Numbered from the stretch's first letter, positions 1 through 9,412 are shown. The stretch is DNA of 63,008 bases from Actinomycetota bacterium (GCA_009886035.1 VFJN01000090.1:1-63008), one strand, 5' to 3'. Translations and numbers: made by a program. The notes: generated by a model not told the origin, from the letters alone.

Positions 1-167
1 GTGACATCGAAGACCAAATCCCGGGGTACATCGAAAGACAATTCGGGGGACCTGGCCCGTGGAAGTTCGAGTGCTTCGATGTGACCACGGCTACTACGAT
101 GACTCCCTAACCCGAGGAATAGGTCGAGGTCACCCCGACTATTTGTATACACCTTCCATGACATTCC

Positions 168-389
168 CTAGGGGCACGTCAACCTCGAACACCTCCCCGG
201 CACCACCACACGGAGAGAGGGGTCGGGCTCCGCTGCGCAACAGGACAGCAACGTGGTCTTCCCCGAGCCCGGCGCCCCAGCGATCACGATCGACGCGGGG
301 ACGCGGGGCCGGATCGTGATCACGGTCCTCTGGGCAGGACGCGACGGCCGTAGCCGGGAGCGGAGGTCTTTCATGTTGTGATGGCGCAA
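168..389 (-). pseudogene. P-loop NTPase fragment (possibly a decayed VirB11/CpaF/TadA-like or kinase-like ATPase)
   Basis: The 73-aa ORF has an intact Walker A ('IVIAGAPGSGKTTLL') but stops 25 codons later. A shifted frame continues briefly ('GEVFEVDVPLGNV') and then stops inside a visibly lower-GC stretch (about 100-170). The family cannot be resolved by eye. Confidence 0.3.
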
Positions 390-414
390 CGTCTGGATCC
401 TGTGCTGACGATCT

Positions 415-2334
415 TCATACGGGCTTGGGGTGGCAGTCCGCCGGAGGTGGGGGAACGTCGAGGGGGGGATTTTGGTCGAAGAACCCGACTGGAGCGAGGA
501 GAAAGCCGGTGTACTCGACGGGCATCACGGGCCAGTCCTCGGGTCGGGGTACGTGGGTCACTCCGAATGTGTGCCAGACGACGATGCCTGTGTCGACGAG
601 GGATCGGTCAGCCGCGGTCCAGCGAACCAGGCCATCACCGCCGGGGTGCTGGTTCGGGTGTTCACCAGCGGCGCGCCGTTCGTCGGGGCGCTGAGGGGTG
701 ACCCAGAGGTTTTCGGTGGCGAACCCGGCCCGGCGACCGATGCTGGAGTCGGGGTGGGCGAGCAGGGTCGGGGTAGCGCCGGGCACGAGCTTGTAGGCCA
801 CCGGTTCTCCGAAACGGTTGCGGGACGTGGGGTTGGAGACCTTCCAGGTACGGCTGCGCGACGCGTCGACCCGGCGCCGGGCCTGCGACTCCGAGTCGAG
901 CCGGGTGGAGCGCGCGGTGAACCCGTTACCCCACGGGTTCGCGTCGCCCAACCCGACGGGTTCGACGTCGACCTCGTATACCTCGTTTACGGGGCCGTCC
1001 ACATCGAAGTCGAGCCTGGCGCAGAACAGGTGCTGGTGCAACGGCGCCGCCAACCCGGGGGCAATGCGCCGGGCGAAGGGAGACTCCTCGCCGTCGGGGA
1101 GCGCCTGGGTGGACATGATCCCGGTGAGCTTGACCTCGAGCTGGATGGTGCCGTCGAGGTAGAAGTACCAGTAGAAGCCGTACTCGTAGTTCCCGATTGT
1201 GGCAATCGAGGAGACAACGAGCCGGCGAGATCGGCGCACTTCGGTGCGGCCGGAGTTCATGTCCTGGTGCTTCCAGAGGATCCCGTAGTCCTCCTCGTGC
1301 AGGCAGATCACGTTGGGAACGGTTACCGGCTCGCCACGCTCATCTGCGGTGATGGCATCGAAGTAGTAGATCTCCCCGAGGCAGTCACAGCCGAGGGCGA
1401 GGGAGTTCGCCATGCGGCCGAGCCCCCACTCGCCGGCGTCGAAGGTGTTCTTCCAGCCGTGGAGGGGGCCGGGGTCACCGTAGGGGACGACCATCTCGCT
1501 GATGGACGCCCGGTGCAGGATCGACCGGATCGCTCCCCCATCCTCGTAGCCGACGGTATGCAGCACCAAGCCCTCGTGGGGGTCGAGAGACACCCGCAGC
1601 GACCAGCGCTGCCAGGACACCAGGTTGCCTATGACCGTGCAGCTCGGCCCCTCCGGCTGAGTGATTCGCAGGGGCTTCAGGTCGGGGCGAAGCGGCCCGT
1701 TGTCCTCTGGGTAGTAGCTGCCGAGCTCCGGCGGCTGCGGCACGACGCCGTGATCGCTCACGTCGAGCACCTCGCCGCGGGCCATATCGACGCGGGCCAG
1801 GAGTCCCTCGATCGGTCGGGCATAGCCGTGCACGCCGGGGTGCTCGCGGTAGTAGGGAATGCAGCGCACGACCCGCCGACCGGCTTCGGCAGGCACACCG
1901 AAGTCGCCCGTGGGCCATGGGTCGATCTGCACCTTTGTGAGGTCGGTGATACCGCGCTTGGCCAGCGCGACCACCCAGTCGGGGTGGTCGTGGAGTGCGA
2001 TGATGGCGTTGAACGACTCGTCCAGCAGCAAGGCTGGACGCACGTCGTCGAGGTCGTTCCATGCGACGACCGCGCCTGAGCCCACGTCGACCACTGCGTC
2101 GATCAACCTCGCTTCAGGCCCCGGCACGATCGACAGCCGAAGCCGTCGGGGCGTCTCGCCGCCTTCGGCGAACCCGGCCAGCTCGGCCTTGATGGGCTCG
2201 TCCAGGGTGACGGCCGCGAACAGAATGGCATCCGCGACGCGCCCGCTCGATTTCACGACGTTGACTGCAGCGCAGATCTCCCCGGCGGTGAGCAGTTCCA
2301 GGGGATGGCGACGGCCTGCCGCTGTTTCGCTCAC
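415..2334 (-). CDS. Copper-containing (topaquinone) amine oxidase
   Basis: 639-aa ORF. It carries the TPQ precursor consensus N-Y-E-Y in 'IATIGNYEYGFYWYFYLDG'. His-rich blocks 'APLHQHLFCARLD' and 'VWHTFGVTHVPRPEDWPVMP' are typical of copper amine oxidases. Strong GC3 bias in this frame. Confidence 0.9.
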   Translation of the reverse strand: MSETAAGRRHPLELLTAGEICAAVNVVKSSGRVADAILFAAVTLDEPIKAELAGFAEGGETPRRLRLSIVPGPEARLIDAVVDVGSGAVVAWNDLDDVRPALLLDESFNAIIALHDHPDWVVALAKRGITDLTKVQIDPWPTGDFGVPAEAGRRVVRCIPYYREHPGVHGYARPIEGLLARVDMARGEVLDVSDHGVVPQPPELGSYYPEDNGPLRPDLKPLRITQPEGPSCTVIGNLVSWQRWSLRVSLDPHEGLVLHTVGYEDGGAIRSILHRASISEMVVPYGDPGPLHGWKNTFDAGEWGLGRMANSLALGCDCLGEIYYFDAITADERGEPVTVPNVICLHEEDYGILWKHQDMNSGRTEVRRSRRLVVSSIATIGNYEYGFYWYFYLDGTIQLEVKLTGIMSTQALPDGEESPFARRIAPGLAAPLHQHLFCARLDFDVDGPVNEVYEVDVEPVGLGDANPWGNGFTARSTRLDSESQARRRVDASRSRTWKVSNPTSRNRFGEPVAYKLVPGATPTLLAHPDSSIGRRAGFATENLWVTPQRPDERRAAGEHPNQHPGGDGLVRWTAADRSLVDTGIVVWHTFGVTHVPRPEDWPVMPVEYTGFLLAPVGFFDQNPPLDVPPPPADCHPKPV

Positions 2335-2667
2335 GACGCCGACGGTTTCATCGGGCGCCGACGAAGGCGCAGTGTCAGCAGTGCCCTACCATCAAGCCCA
2401 TTCGTCGAGTGTCCGCCGCCGCAGCTCCCAACGACAGCCACGCCGCCGAGATCGGCCCAAGTCCTTCGCCACCCCACAGCACCAACTTAGTGCCGGCCAG
2501 CCACGCTGGTCGGGCGCCGTCGAGCCAGCGTGCTCGCAGCGGATCGAAATGGCCCAACCGGGCCTGGCACAAGGCCTGTCTCAATAGCCTCCCGAGCCGA
2601 CAACGCAGCGGCGTTGCCGGATGACAACCGAACGCGCTTCCACGAGACGGATCGGCAGACCGAGCGC

Positions 2668-3636
2668 TCAGCCTCCGCTGTATGGCAGCGAGAAACCGTG
2701 TGCCTCCGCAGCAGTGCGTAGCGAAGCTTCCAAGGTCCAAGCCTCCGAGCGGATGACAAGTTCGCCGAACACGTTGTAAACCGAGGCCACGACCAGGGTG
2801 CCCTCCCCGGCCGGAAGGTCCATCCGGCACTCGACTAGGTCCACGCCTCGCACTGCAAACAGGAGCGCGCACGAAGCCGCGGCGCCGTTGCCAAGACCTG
2901 TGGTCACGAAGATAAGCGCACGGCGGAACCGCTCGATCTGGCGGAGATCCACGATGATCCGTTGGTGCTGCTTGAACGACCCCCACAGCAAGGCGTCGGG
3001 TTTCGGCACGGGGTCTGTCGTGGCGTCGACCACGAGCGTGCGGGCGTGCGGCGACGCCGCAATCTCGTAGGCACATCCGAGGGCAGCCCGTTCGGCACCG
3101 ACGCCGACTAGAGCTACCGCCAGGGCTCCGACACCGGATTGAAGCCGGCTCAGGGTGACGCTCGGCCGCTCGAGATTAAGCTCGGTGAGCGCCCCGGCCG
3201 GCGCTCGTCGGGCCCGGCGCACCGGAAGCAGCGCTCCCTTCGCGCCCGGGTTCGGTCCCGCTTCGACGCTGGAGGCCGCCGCTGGCCCCGGCGCCTGACG
3301 CTGGTCGAGGTCGAGCGAGGTGCTCACCGGCACAGCGCTCGGAGGCGACGCCCTGGGGGCTGGAGCTGGGGATCGCGGCGATACCAGAGTGGGAGGCGGA
3401 GCAGAGTGGGGATCCGTGTGCGGCCGAGGAGTCGGGGCGAGCGTTCGATCGCGTCCTGGGTGCACCAGCGATACCTTCACCGGCGGAGGCGGGGGCGCTG
3501 ATCGGGTACTCGCACCCGCTGTCGCCGTCGGCGTGCCGCTCGCAGCTGGCCGCGGCGTCCTCGCGCCCCGGCGGTGACGCAGGTAGCTGATATCGCGGCG
3601 CTTCGGCGCAAAGCGCGGGTCGGGGATCTCGCTCAC
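2668..3636 (-). CDS. Ter-operon protein: about 150-aa Pro-rich disordered N-terminus plus a divergent TerD-like C-terminal domain
   Basis: The GTG start overlaps the terD stop (GTGA, 3633-3636), indicating translational coupling. The C-terminal 170 aa ('VTLSRLQSGVGALAVALVG...IIVDLRQIERFRRALIFVTT...VYNVFGELVIRSEAW') follows the strand pattern of TerD domains but lacks the acidic Ca-binding motifs. The domain call is tentative. Confidence 0.5.
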   Translation of the reverse strand: MSEIPDPRFAPKRRDISYLRHRRGARTPRPAASGTPTATAGASTRSAPPPPPVKVSLVHPGRDRTLAPTPRPHTDPHSAPPPTLVSPRSPAPAPRASPPSAVPVSTSLDLDQRQAPGPAAASSVEAGPNPGAKGALLPVRRARRAPAGALTELNLERPSVTLSRLQSGVGALAVALVGVGAERAALGCAYEIAASPHARTLVVDATTDPVPKPDALLWGSFKQHQRIIVDLRQIERFRRALIFVTTGLGNGAAASCALLFAVRGVDLVECRMDLPAGEGTLVVASVYNVFGELVIRSEAWTLEASLRTAAEAHGFSLPYSGG

Positions 3637-4199
3637 CAACTCAGGCCGTAAGCGGACCCGATGTCCGCCACGCCTCCGCCATACCCCTGCCCGACCACCC
3701 GGAATTTCCAGCCCGTGTCGTGTCGGTACAACTCACCGAGTACCAGCGCAGTCTCATTCGAGAGCGCTCCCGCAAGATCCTCGGAGCGCGTGAGCTCGGC
3801 GTTGGTCTCGAGGTTCAGGACTCGAACGCGGCAACTGCGCAGTTGCGCAAGGCTGCGACGCGCTAGCGATCCTTCGTTGATGTAGAGCACGACCGCAATC
3901 CGGCCGACCGCTCCGGGCACGGCGCCGAGGTCAACCTCGATCTGCTCGTCGTCCTCGCCGAGAGCTTTCCCCATCTGGACGACCGACAGGTCGGGGCTCT
4001 TAAGCTGGTTGAAGAAGATGAAATGCTGGTCTGACAGGATGGATCCCGAGGCGTTGCATAGCAGGACTGCGGCGACGAGGTTGGCCGACAGCGTGCTGTC
4101 GGCACCTGCGTCCCAGTGAACCCCGAGCACAACTCCCTTGAGATTCGGTACTTCTCTCGTAAGGGCGACATTCGCGCCGCGCTTCAGTGGAGGTGCCAT
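3633..4199 (-). CDS. terD: TerD-family stress/tellurite-resistance protein
   Basis: 188 aa with classic TerD blocks: 'KGANVALT', 'LGVHWDA', 'FIFFNQLKSPD', 'GEDDEQIEVDL', 'IAVVLYI', 'WKFRVVGQGY'. Its ATG overlaps the stop of the upstream gene (TGATG). Confidence 0.9.
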   Translation of the reverse strand: MAPPLKRGANVALTREVPNLKGVVLGVHWDAGADSTLSANLVAAVLLCNASGSILSDQHFIFFNQLKSPDLSVVQMGKALGEDDEQIEVDLGAVPGAVGRIAVVLYINEGSLARRSLAQLRSCRVRVLNLETNAELTRSEDLAGALSNETALVLGELYRHDTGWKFRVVGQGYGGGVADIGSAYGLSW

Positions 4200-4705
4200 C
4201 AGAGCTTCAAATCATCCCTTCCGAATTTCGCCTGCAGGAATCGACCCTGCACGTCGAGCGGGTTCGCAGTGCCGGTGCGCACCGAGTCGAGAAGATCCTG
4301 CATGCCTTTCGAGAGGAGCTCCACTTGCGTGCACAGCTGGACCTCCGCAGTGTGCTGCGTGGCGTCGTCGTCGAGGCCCACGAGGTTGGTCACCGAAAGG
4401 AACGACTCGACGGATGTCGGGAGGTAGTCCGTCACTGTGGACTCAAGCGTCACGACGACCAGTGCATCGATGGGTGAGCCGCTCGTGCGACGGCGATCGA
4501 GCTCGCGGACCAGTTGAGCGACCGCGTCACCAACATCCCGGGCGCACACCACCGCTGCAGGCGGGATGCGACCGGATGAAGACCTTATCCGACCAATGAC
4601 CGCGTCAAGCTGCTGCGAGATGACGGCGAAGTCTTCGGGGGGCGATGCCGACGCCGCCGGATCTAGTAGGTCGTCCTGCGCGAAAAGGCGCCGCCATCGG
4701 CTCAT
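4199..4705 (-). CDS. Hypothetical protein embedded in the ter operon
   Basis: 168-aa ORF with GC3 bias, located between telA and terD. Its stop overlaps the terD start by 1 nt. No recognisable motif. Confidence 0.6.
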   Translation of the reverse strand: MSRWRRLFAQDDLLDPAASASPPEDFAVISQQLDAVIGRIRSSSGRIPPAAVVCARDVGDAVAQLVRELDRRRTSGSPIDALVVVTLESTVTDYLPTSVESFLSVTNLVGLDDDATQHTAEVQLCTQVELLSKGMQDLLDSVRTGTANPLDVQGRFLQAKFGRDDLKL

Positions 4706-4735
4706 GAGAGGTACAACCGTCTTCTACGAAGCACG

Positions 4736-5962
4736 TCACTGCAACTCAGATCGACGGCTCCGTTCCAGGTAAGCCTTGGAACGCCCGACCTGCTCCTCGA
4801 GGGAGGTGATGGTGGTCGACATGTTCGCGACCGCCTGCGCCTTGTAGGTGTCGATGGCGTCCATGGTCGCGAAGACGTTGTCGAATGCCGTCTTCAGCGA
4901 ATCCATGTCAATAACGGACGACGACGCCTGCTCGTGGATCGCTGCACCCTGCGTCTTCAACATTTCCGAGGTCGACTGAATCATCGATGAGGTCGTGGAG
5001 TTCAGCGCTGTGATCTGGTCGAGGACCAGGCGCTGGTTGGCAAGCGCCTGGGCGACGATCACTGCCGTGCGCAGGGCTGAAATCGTGGTTGTCTGCGCAC
5101 GGTCGACGCCCTTGATGAGTTCGATGTTGTTCTTACGCACGAGGTCGAGAGCCAGATAGCCCTGAGCGCTTACCGCGAGCTGGGTGAGAATGTCCTGCCG
5201 CCGCTGGCGGATCGGGAACAGTGCGTCCGAGGTGACCGTGTTCGCGTCTTCAGTACGCCCTTGACCCTGCATTTCGGTGATCCGTGCGCTCACCGCTGTG
5301 TCGAGCTCAGCCGCCAGTGCCGTGTACTCGGTGAGCTTTCCCATCGTCGTCCACATGTTGGCCTTCTCAGCCTCGATGGCGGCGTTGTCCTTGCGCAACT
5401 CGTCCTGCCCGCTAGCGAGCGCCTTGATGATGGCGTCGATCTGGCCTTGTGCGGACTGGTACCGCTCGAAGTAGCGCTGCAACTTGTCCCCACCGGGGAG
5501 GAACTTGAGGAGCTTTCGAGCACCCGTGAGGTCGGCGCGCCCGGGGTCGAGCTCAGTGACCGTGGTGCGCAGGTCTCCTAGCGTCTTGGAGACCTTGGCA
5601 GTGGCGTCGCCCCCCGCTCCGCTGGCCCCACGAAGGGCCGCTGCTGGTCGAGCGAGCATGCGGTTTGACACGTTCGCGCTGGCCCGGATCTCTGCGTCAC
5701 CCAGCGTGGCGATCGCGTCGACCTTCTTCGTAAACTCGGGCGATCGAACGTCGAGGCCAACCAACTCGGTGGCGAACGCCGCCGCCTTGCCGCGGATCTC
5801 GGTAGCGGTCGCGGGGTCGAGCGGCAGCATGCTGGCCGCCTGCTCATCAGCGACCGGTGCCACCGGAGCGGGGGGCACTAGGACGAGTTCCGTACTACTG
5901 ATGCCTGCCGACGGCGCTGAGGTCCCGCCGAGATCGAGTTCGGACACCGAATTCCCCTCCAA
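4736..5962 (-). CDS. telA: TelA/KlaA-family toxic anion resistance protein
   Basis: 408-aa all-helical protein with the TelA-type central block 'LLKFLPGGDKLQRYFERYQSAQGQIDAIIKALASGQDELRKDNAAIE'. Confidence 0.88.
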   Translation of the reverse strand: MEGNSVSELDLGGTSAPSAGISSTELVLVPPAPVAPVADEQAASMLPLDPATATEIRGKAAAFATELVGLDVRSPEFTKKVDAIATLGDAEIRASANVSNRMLARPAAALRGASGAGGDATAKVSKTLGDLRTTVTELDPGRADLTGARKLLKFLPGGDKLQRYFERYQSAQGQIDAIIKALASGQDELRKDNAAIEAEKANMWTTMGKLTEYTALAAELDTAVSARITEMQGQGRTEDANTVTSDALFPIRQRRQDILTQLAVSAQGYLALDLVRKNNIELIKGVDRAQTTTISALRTAVIVAQALANQRLVLDQITALNSTTSSMIQSTSEMLKTQGAAIHEQASSSVIDMDSLKTAFDNVFATMDAIDTYKAQAVANMSTTITSLEEQVGRSKAYLERSRRSELQ

Positions 5963-6234
5963 TTGACGTTTGCAGCGAGGCTACACGGGTCGTTCCCCGC
6001 CCGAACGACTGCGGTTGCTAGGTTAGCACCCGCGAAGCATATTGCGAAGCGCCCGCACCTCGTCCTCGTCAGCGGTCAGCCTCCACCGGATCTTCACTGT
6101 CGCCCAGTCGGTCGCGAAGTCGCACCAGACTTCACGGTTTGGAGGTTGCCACGACGCAGGATCGCGGTCCGACTTCGAGCGGTTTGTTGCCGCTAAGACG
6201 TGGGGGCCGCCGGCTACCCCGCGGTGGCCTGGTT

Positions 6235-6690
6235 TCAGAGATCGAACTCGGAAGGCGGAAGGTTGCAGGCAAAGCACGCGTCGCGCACCGCCTTCTTCTC
6301 GTGCTCATCGAAGTCGCCATCGGCCCCACCAATGATGATGCCGACCTGGATGACAGCGCGTGCCTGGTCGGGCTTGCTCTTCAGTTTGCCGATGGCCTGG
6401 ACTACCTCGACCTTGCCGAAGTCAAAGTCAGACTCGAGTTTCGAGCAAAATCGATCGAACGTCTTGCGCAGCTGATCGGCCGGGAAGATTGACAGAACAT
6501 CATTCGAGGCGATGAAGCCGGCCGTCTTCTGTCGTTCGGATGGCTCGATGGTGCCATCGGCGGCGGCGATTAGGGCACACATTGCCATCGACGCGTTCGC
6601 GAAGTCAGCGTTCTTGAATGTGCTCGCCTTCGTCTTCAACTGCGAGCTCATCTCGGAGGTCCGGCTCTTCAACTGATCCCACAGGGGCAT
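6235..6690 (-). CDS. terB: TerB-family tellurite resistance protein
   Basis: Two TerB-type repeats: 'ALIAAADGTIEPSERQK' and 'IIGGADGDFDEHEKKAVRDA'. I prefer the ATG at 6690 ('MPLWDQLKS'), which gives about 151 aa, the typical TerB size. The ORF track extends to 6762. Confidence 0.85.
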   Translation of the reverse strand: MPLWDQLKSRTSEMSSQLKTKASTFKNADFANASMAMCALIAAADGTIEPSERQKTAGFIASNDVLSIFPADQLRKTFDRFCSKLESDFDFGKVEVVQAIGKLKSKPDQARAVIQVGIIIGGADGDFDEHEKKAVRDACFACNLPPSEFDL

Positions 6691-6793
6691 AACTGCGCTC
6701 CTCTTGTCGACTCTGAGACACGATCCTCGCAGACTCACGGCACGCCGCGACAGCGGGGCCACAAGAGGGCGACACCCGGGGCGGTGTCGCTAG

Positions 6794-7003
6794 GTCGACG
6801 ACTATCCCGACCGGATCGGGGCGGTCAATGCGCTCGGGCTCGACGAGGTCCTCTTGGTTCGGGTGGGGCCTTGGCGGATCAAGGCCTGGTCGACGTCGAT
6901 CGTGGACACCCGCGCCGGGACGCTCCTCGATGTGATCCCCGGTAGCACCGCCGCAGGGGCTTGCGCGTGGTTCGAGTGGGCGACGTTGGACCTCTCGGGC
7001 CCC
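6794..7003 (+). mobile_element. ISL3-family transposase relic (internal fragment, no start codon)
   Basis: The open frame between stops at 6791 and 7004 translates to 'IGAVNALGLDEVLLVRVGPWRIKAWSTSIVDTRAGTLLDVIPGSTAAGACAWFEWATLDL'. This matches my recollection of the ISL3 DDE core pattern 'lGvDEh....(y.T.ivDl)...llDv.pGRs......Wl'. No upstream or downstream remainder and no inverted repeats were seen. Confidence 0.45.
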
Positions 7004-7123
7004 TAGCGGCTGGCGTTCAACACTATGGTCCCTCGCGCCACCCAGGGCGCTCCAGAGCACACGTGAGACCCAGTCCGATTCAGATTGGGCCGGCTGCTCA
7101 AGTAGCTTGTACTGAGGGCAGGT

Positions 7124-7633
7124 ATGGGGATGGAGCGGGCAGCAATCGCAGCGCTCAGCACGCTTCTCGTCGTCGGAGCTGTCCTGATCGGAGTGACGAT
7201 TGGGAAGCGTGACGCCGGGCCTGGCCCGCGCGCCGACCCTGCAGAAGCGGAACGTGTTGTCCTCCCGGAGCCTGAGCCTGACTCGCCTTCAGCCGACGAT
7301 GTGCTTACTGGCTCCGCCGCCCTTGTCGCAACGTTTCGTGAGCTCACGGCTCCGCTCCTTCAGCTCGACAGCGTTGCAGGCGTCAATGGCCGGTACGCGG
7401 TTTGCGCCGAGGTTGCCGAAGCCCTGAACGGTGATGTCGACCCAGTGGCGCTTCTTGAAGCAGCCGGTGCGATCTCCGACCCCGTCCTCTCTGAGCTCGC
7501 CGCCAATCAGCGCGTGGCGCTGAGCGACACGCTCATCGCGTGTGGCGCTCGGAACGCAGAAGCGACCGAGGAAGCTCTGCGGGATGTCCTCGCGATCGAG
7601 GTGCTGTTCGATCGCCGGATGGGGCAACTGTGA
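7124..7633 (+). CDS. Small membrane-anchored protein, partner of the SGNH hydrolase (module copy 1)
   Basis: 169 aa with an N-terminal TM helix ('AAIAALSTLLVVGAVLIGVTIG') followed by an Ala/Glu/Leu-rich domain containing 2 Cys. The TGA stop overlaps the GTG start of the next gene (GTGA at 7630-7633). Confidence 0.6.
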   Translation: MGMERAAIAALSTLLVVGAVLIGVTIGKRDAGPGPRADPAEAERVVLPEPEPDSPSADDVLTGSAALVATFRELTAPLLQLDSVAGVNGRYAVCAEVAEALNGDVDPVALLEAAGAISDPVLSELAANQRVALSDTLIACGARNAEATEEALRDVLAIEVLFDRRMGQL

Positions 7634-9105
7634 TTCATCGGCGGCTCTCTGTCGCCATCCTCGCCGCGATGGCTGCGGTGTCGTTTGGTTCGGCCGACGC
7701 GACCGGCTCCAAGCCAGCGACGGCCGCGTCGAGCCAGCCAATGTCGTGGCTCGCAGCAGGAGACTCGTATTCCGCCGGCTACGGGCTGCCTGGCTCAGCC
7801 GGCCTCATCGGTGCCGACTGCCACCCCGCGCCGTCCGGCTCGTGGCCGCTCCTGACCCGAGACCGAATCGCGCCGAACCTGCCATTCGAGCCTTTCACCT
7901 ACATCGCGTGCACGGGCGGCAAGCGGGAAGACCTCTTCAGTAATGACGAGAACGTTGCCCTGCAGTGGGACGGGCACAGCCAGTACGACCTCGTGACCTT
8001 CTCCTACGGAGGCAACGACGCCGGTTTCCGCAACGCCCTGATCATTTGTGCAGGCGGCAACCTTGCCGGCGAGCTCACAGACCTCGGACAGTTTGACTGG
8101 CTGGTCGACTCGGTTGCCGGGTGCCCGCCGGACGGTGCCCTCCGGTCCGCGATCGGCCAAGTGGGCAACACCTATCCCGCCTTCCTGCGCAAGATCGTGG
8201 ACGCTGGGATGGTTAGCCCCGGCGGACATGTCGTGGTCATGGGCTATCCGGCGATCTTCGAGGAACCGGACAAGTGGAATCTCACCGCCAAGGCCACCGG
8301 GCTCTGCCACACCGTCAACAGGGAGGGCGCCCGGCGCATTCGAGGGTGGGCGGGTTTGCTGAATGCCCGGGTCGGCGGAGCGGTCCAGGCGACCAACGGG
8401 TACAAGGGCGTCGGGTTCACCTTTGTCAACGTGCAAGACGGTGCCGGAAACCCGGCACCGAACGGTATCGATCCCTTGCGTAGCCCATCGCTGTACGAGG
8501 CCACCGGATCGGCTGACCGACACAACCTGTGCGGTTCAGACTCGTGGATGTTCGGGACGTTCCGCGGCAACTTCCACCCCAACGACGCCGGCCACCAAGC
8601 CATGTCGAGGGTCCTCGCTCCGATCATCGAACACCTCGACTGGAGCCGGCTCAACCCGGCGACCCCGCCCCCCGTCACATCAACGCCCGCGACGGCACCA
8701 CCGGCCGCGTCTCCACCGGCGACATCTACACCGGCCACGTCACCGCCCGCTACGACAAAGACGCTGACCGTGTACAACCAAGTAACCAACGGTGGAACGC
8801 AGATACGCGAGGACACCCCAGCGTATCTGGCGACCGTAACGAAGAACTTCTGTCGTCGAGACGGCTGCATGCTCTCCGGCACCGACGTGCTCACGACGGG
8901 ATCGACCGTGGTCGCTGAGTGCTGGGCGAACGGTGATCGAACCACCAACGGCCAGGACAACTCGGCGATAGATGACTCCAATCCAAACCTGTACCAGTCG
9001 ACCCGTTGGTATCGGGTCCGCTGGCCAGACGGGCGCTGGGGGTACCTCTCGGAGGTTTGGATCACAGCCGCTCACCGTGGAGGTGCGGGACTCCCACCAT
9101 GTTGA
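7630..9105 (+). CDS. Secreted SGNH/GDSL hydrolase with Pro/Thr linker and a Cys/Trp-rich C-terminal domain
   Basis: Signal-like N-terminus 'RRLSVAILAAMAAVSFGSADA'. SGNH block I 'AAGDSYSAGYG', block III 'SYGGNDAGF', block V 'FHPNDAGH'. A PT-rich linker lies at about 8655-8760. The roughly 115-aa tail is 'RWYRVRWPDGRWGYLSEVWI' (SH3-like feel, unverified). Confidence 0.85.
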   Translation: MIHRRLSVAILAAMAAVSFGSADATGSKPATAASSQPMSWLAAGDSYSAGYGLPGSAGLIGADCHPAPSGSWPLLTRDRIAPNLPFEPFTYIACTGGKREDLFSNDENVALQWDGHSQYDLVTFSYGGNDAGFRNALIICAGGNLAGELTDLGQFDWLVDSVAGCPPDGALRSAIGQVGNTYPAFLRKIVDAGMVSPGGHVVVMGYPAIFEEPDKWNLTAKATGLCHTVNREGARRIRGWAGLLNARVGGAVQATNGYKGVGFTFVNVQDGAGNPAPNGIDPLRSPSLYEATGSADRHNLCGSDSWMFGTFRGNFHPNDAGHQAMSRVLAPIIEHLDWSRLNPATPPPVTSTPATAPPAASPPATSTPATSPPATTKTLTVYNQVTNGGTQIREDTPAYLATVTKNFCRRDGCMLSGTDVLTTGSTVVAECWANGDRTTNGQDNSAIDDSNPNLYQSTRWYRVRWPDGRWGYLSEVWITAAHRGGAGLPPC

Positions 9106-9412
9106 GGTCGCGCCGGAGATGAGAGGGGCGTCTGTCGATTTTCAGAGCGCTTGGGGTTCACGATCTCGTAGCGAACCGGACGCCACACTCCCCCGACGGC
9201 GACACGGGGTAGCTCGACCCAGCCCGACCGGCCTCCGTCTACATCTCGCTCAAACGATTGCCCCTAGCATCCGGGCGTGGCGTCAAGTCTCTCCAAGCGC
9301 CCGAACACCGCGCTACGATGTCCCTGCGTCATGAGAGACGGGTGCCGGGACTGGCTCAGGGTCGCCCGGCACCACGGCCTCGTTCAGGGCTAGCGGCAGG
9401 GGGACGTCGTCG

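Noticed and set aside
430-2079. 549-aa + strand ORF covering the amine oxidase locus.
   Set aside because: It is antisense to a motif-rich copper amine oxidase. It has Gly/Val/Arg/Pro-rich composition and no motifs. This is the typical shadow ORF of high-GC DNA.
6023-6277. 84-aa minus-strand ORF in the terB-telA gap. Its 3' part ('VWCDFATDWATVKIRWRLTADEDEVRALRNMLRGC') has coding-like GC3.
   Set aside because: It overlaps the terB 3' end, its upstream half has poor codon usage, and there is no clear start, RBS or recognisable motif. It is possibly a gene relic but not supportable.
9341-9373. Perfect 9-bp inverted repeat GGTGCCGGG...CCCGGCACC with a 15-nt loop, 40 bp upstream of the 9413 start.
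   Set aside because: It could be a terminator for the upstream hydrolase or an operator. With no U-tract and no second copy, I cannot assign a function.
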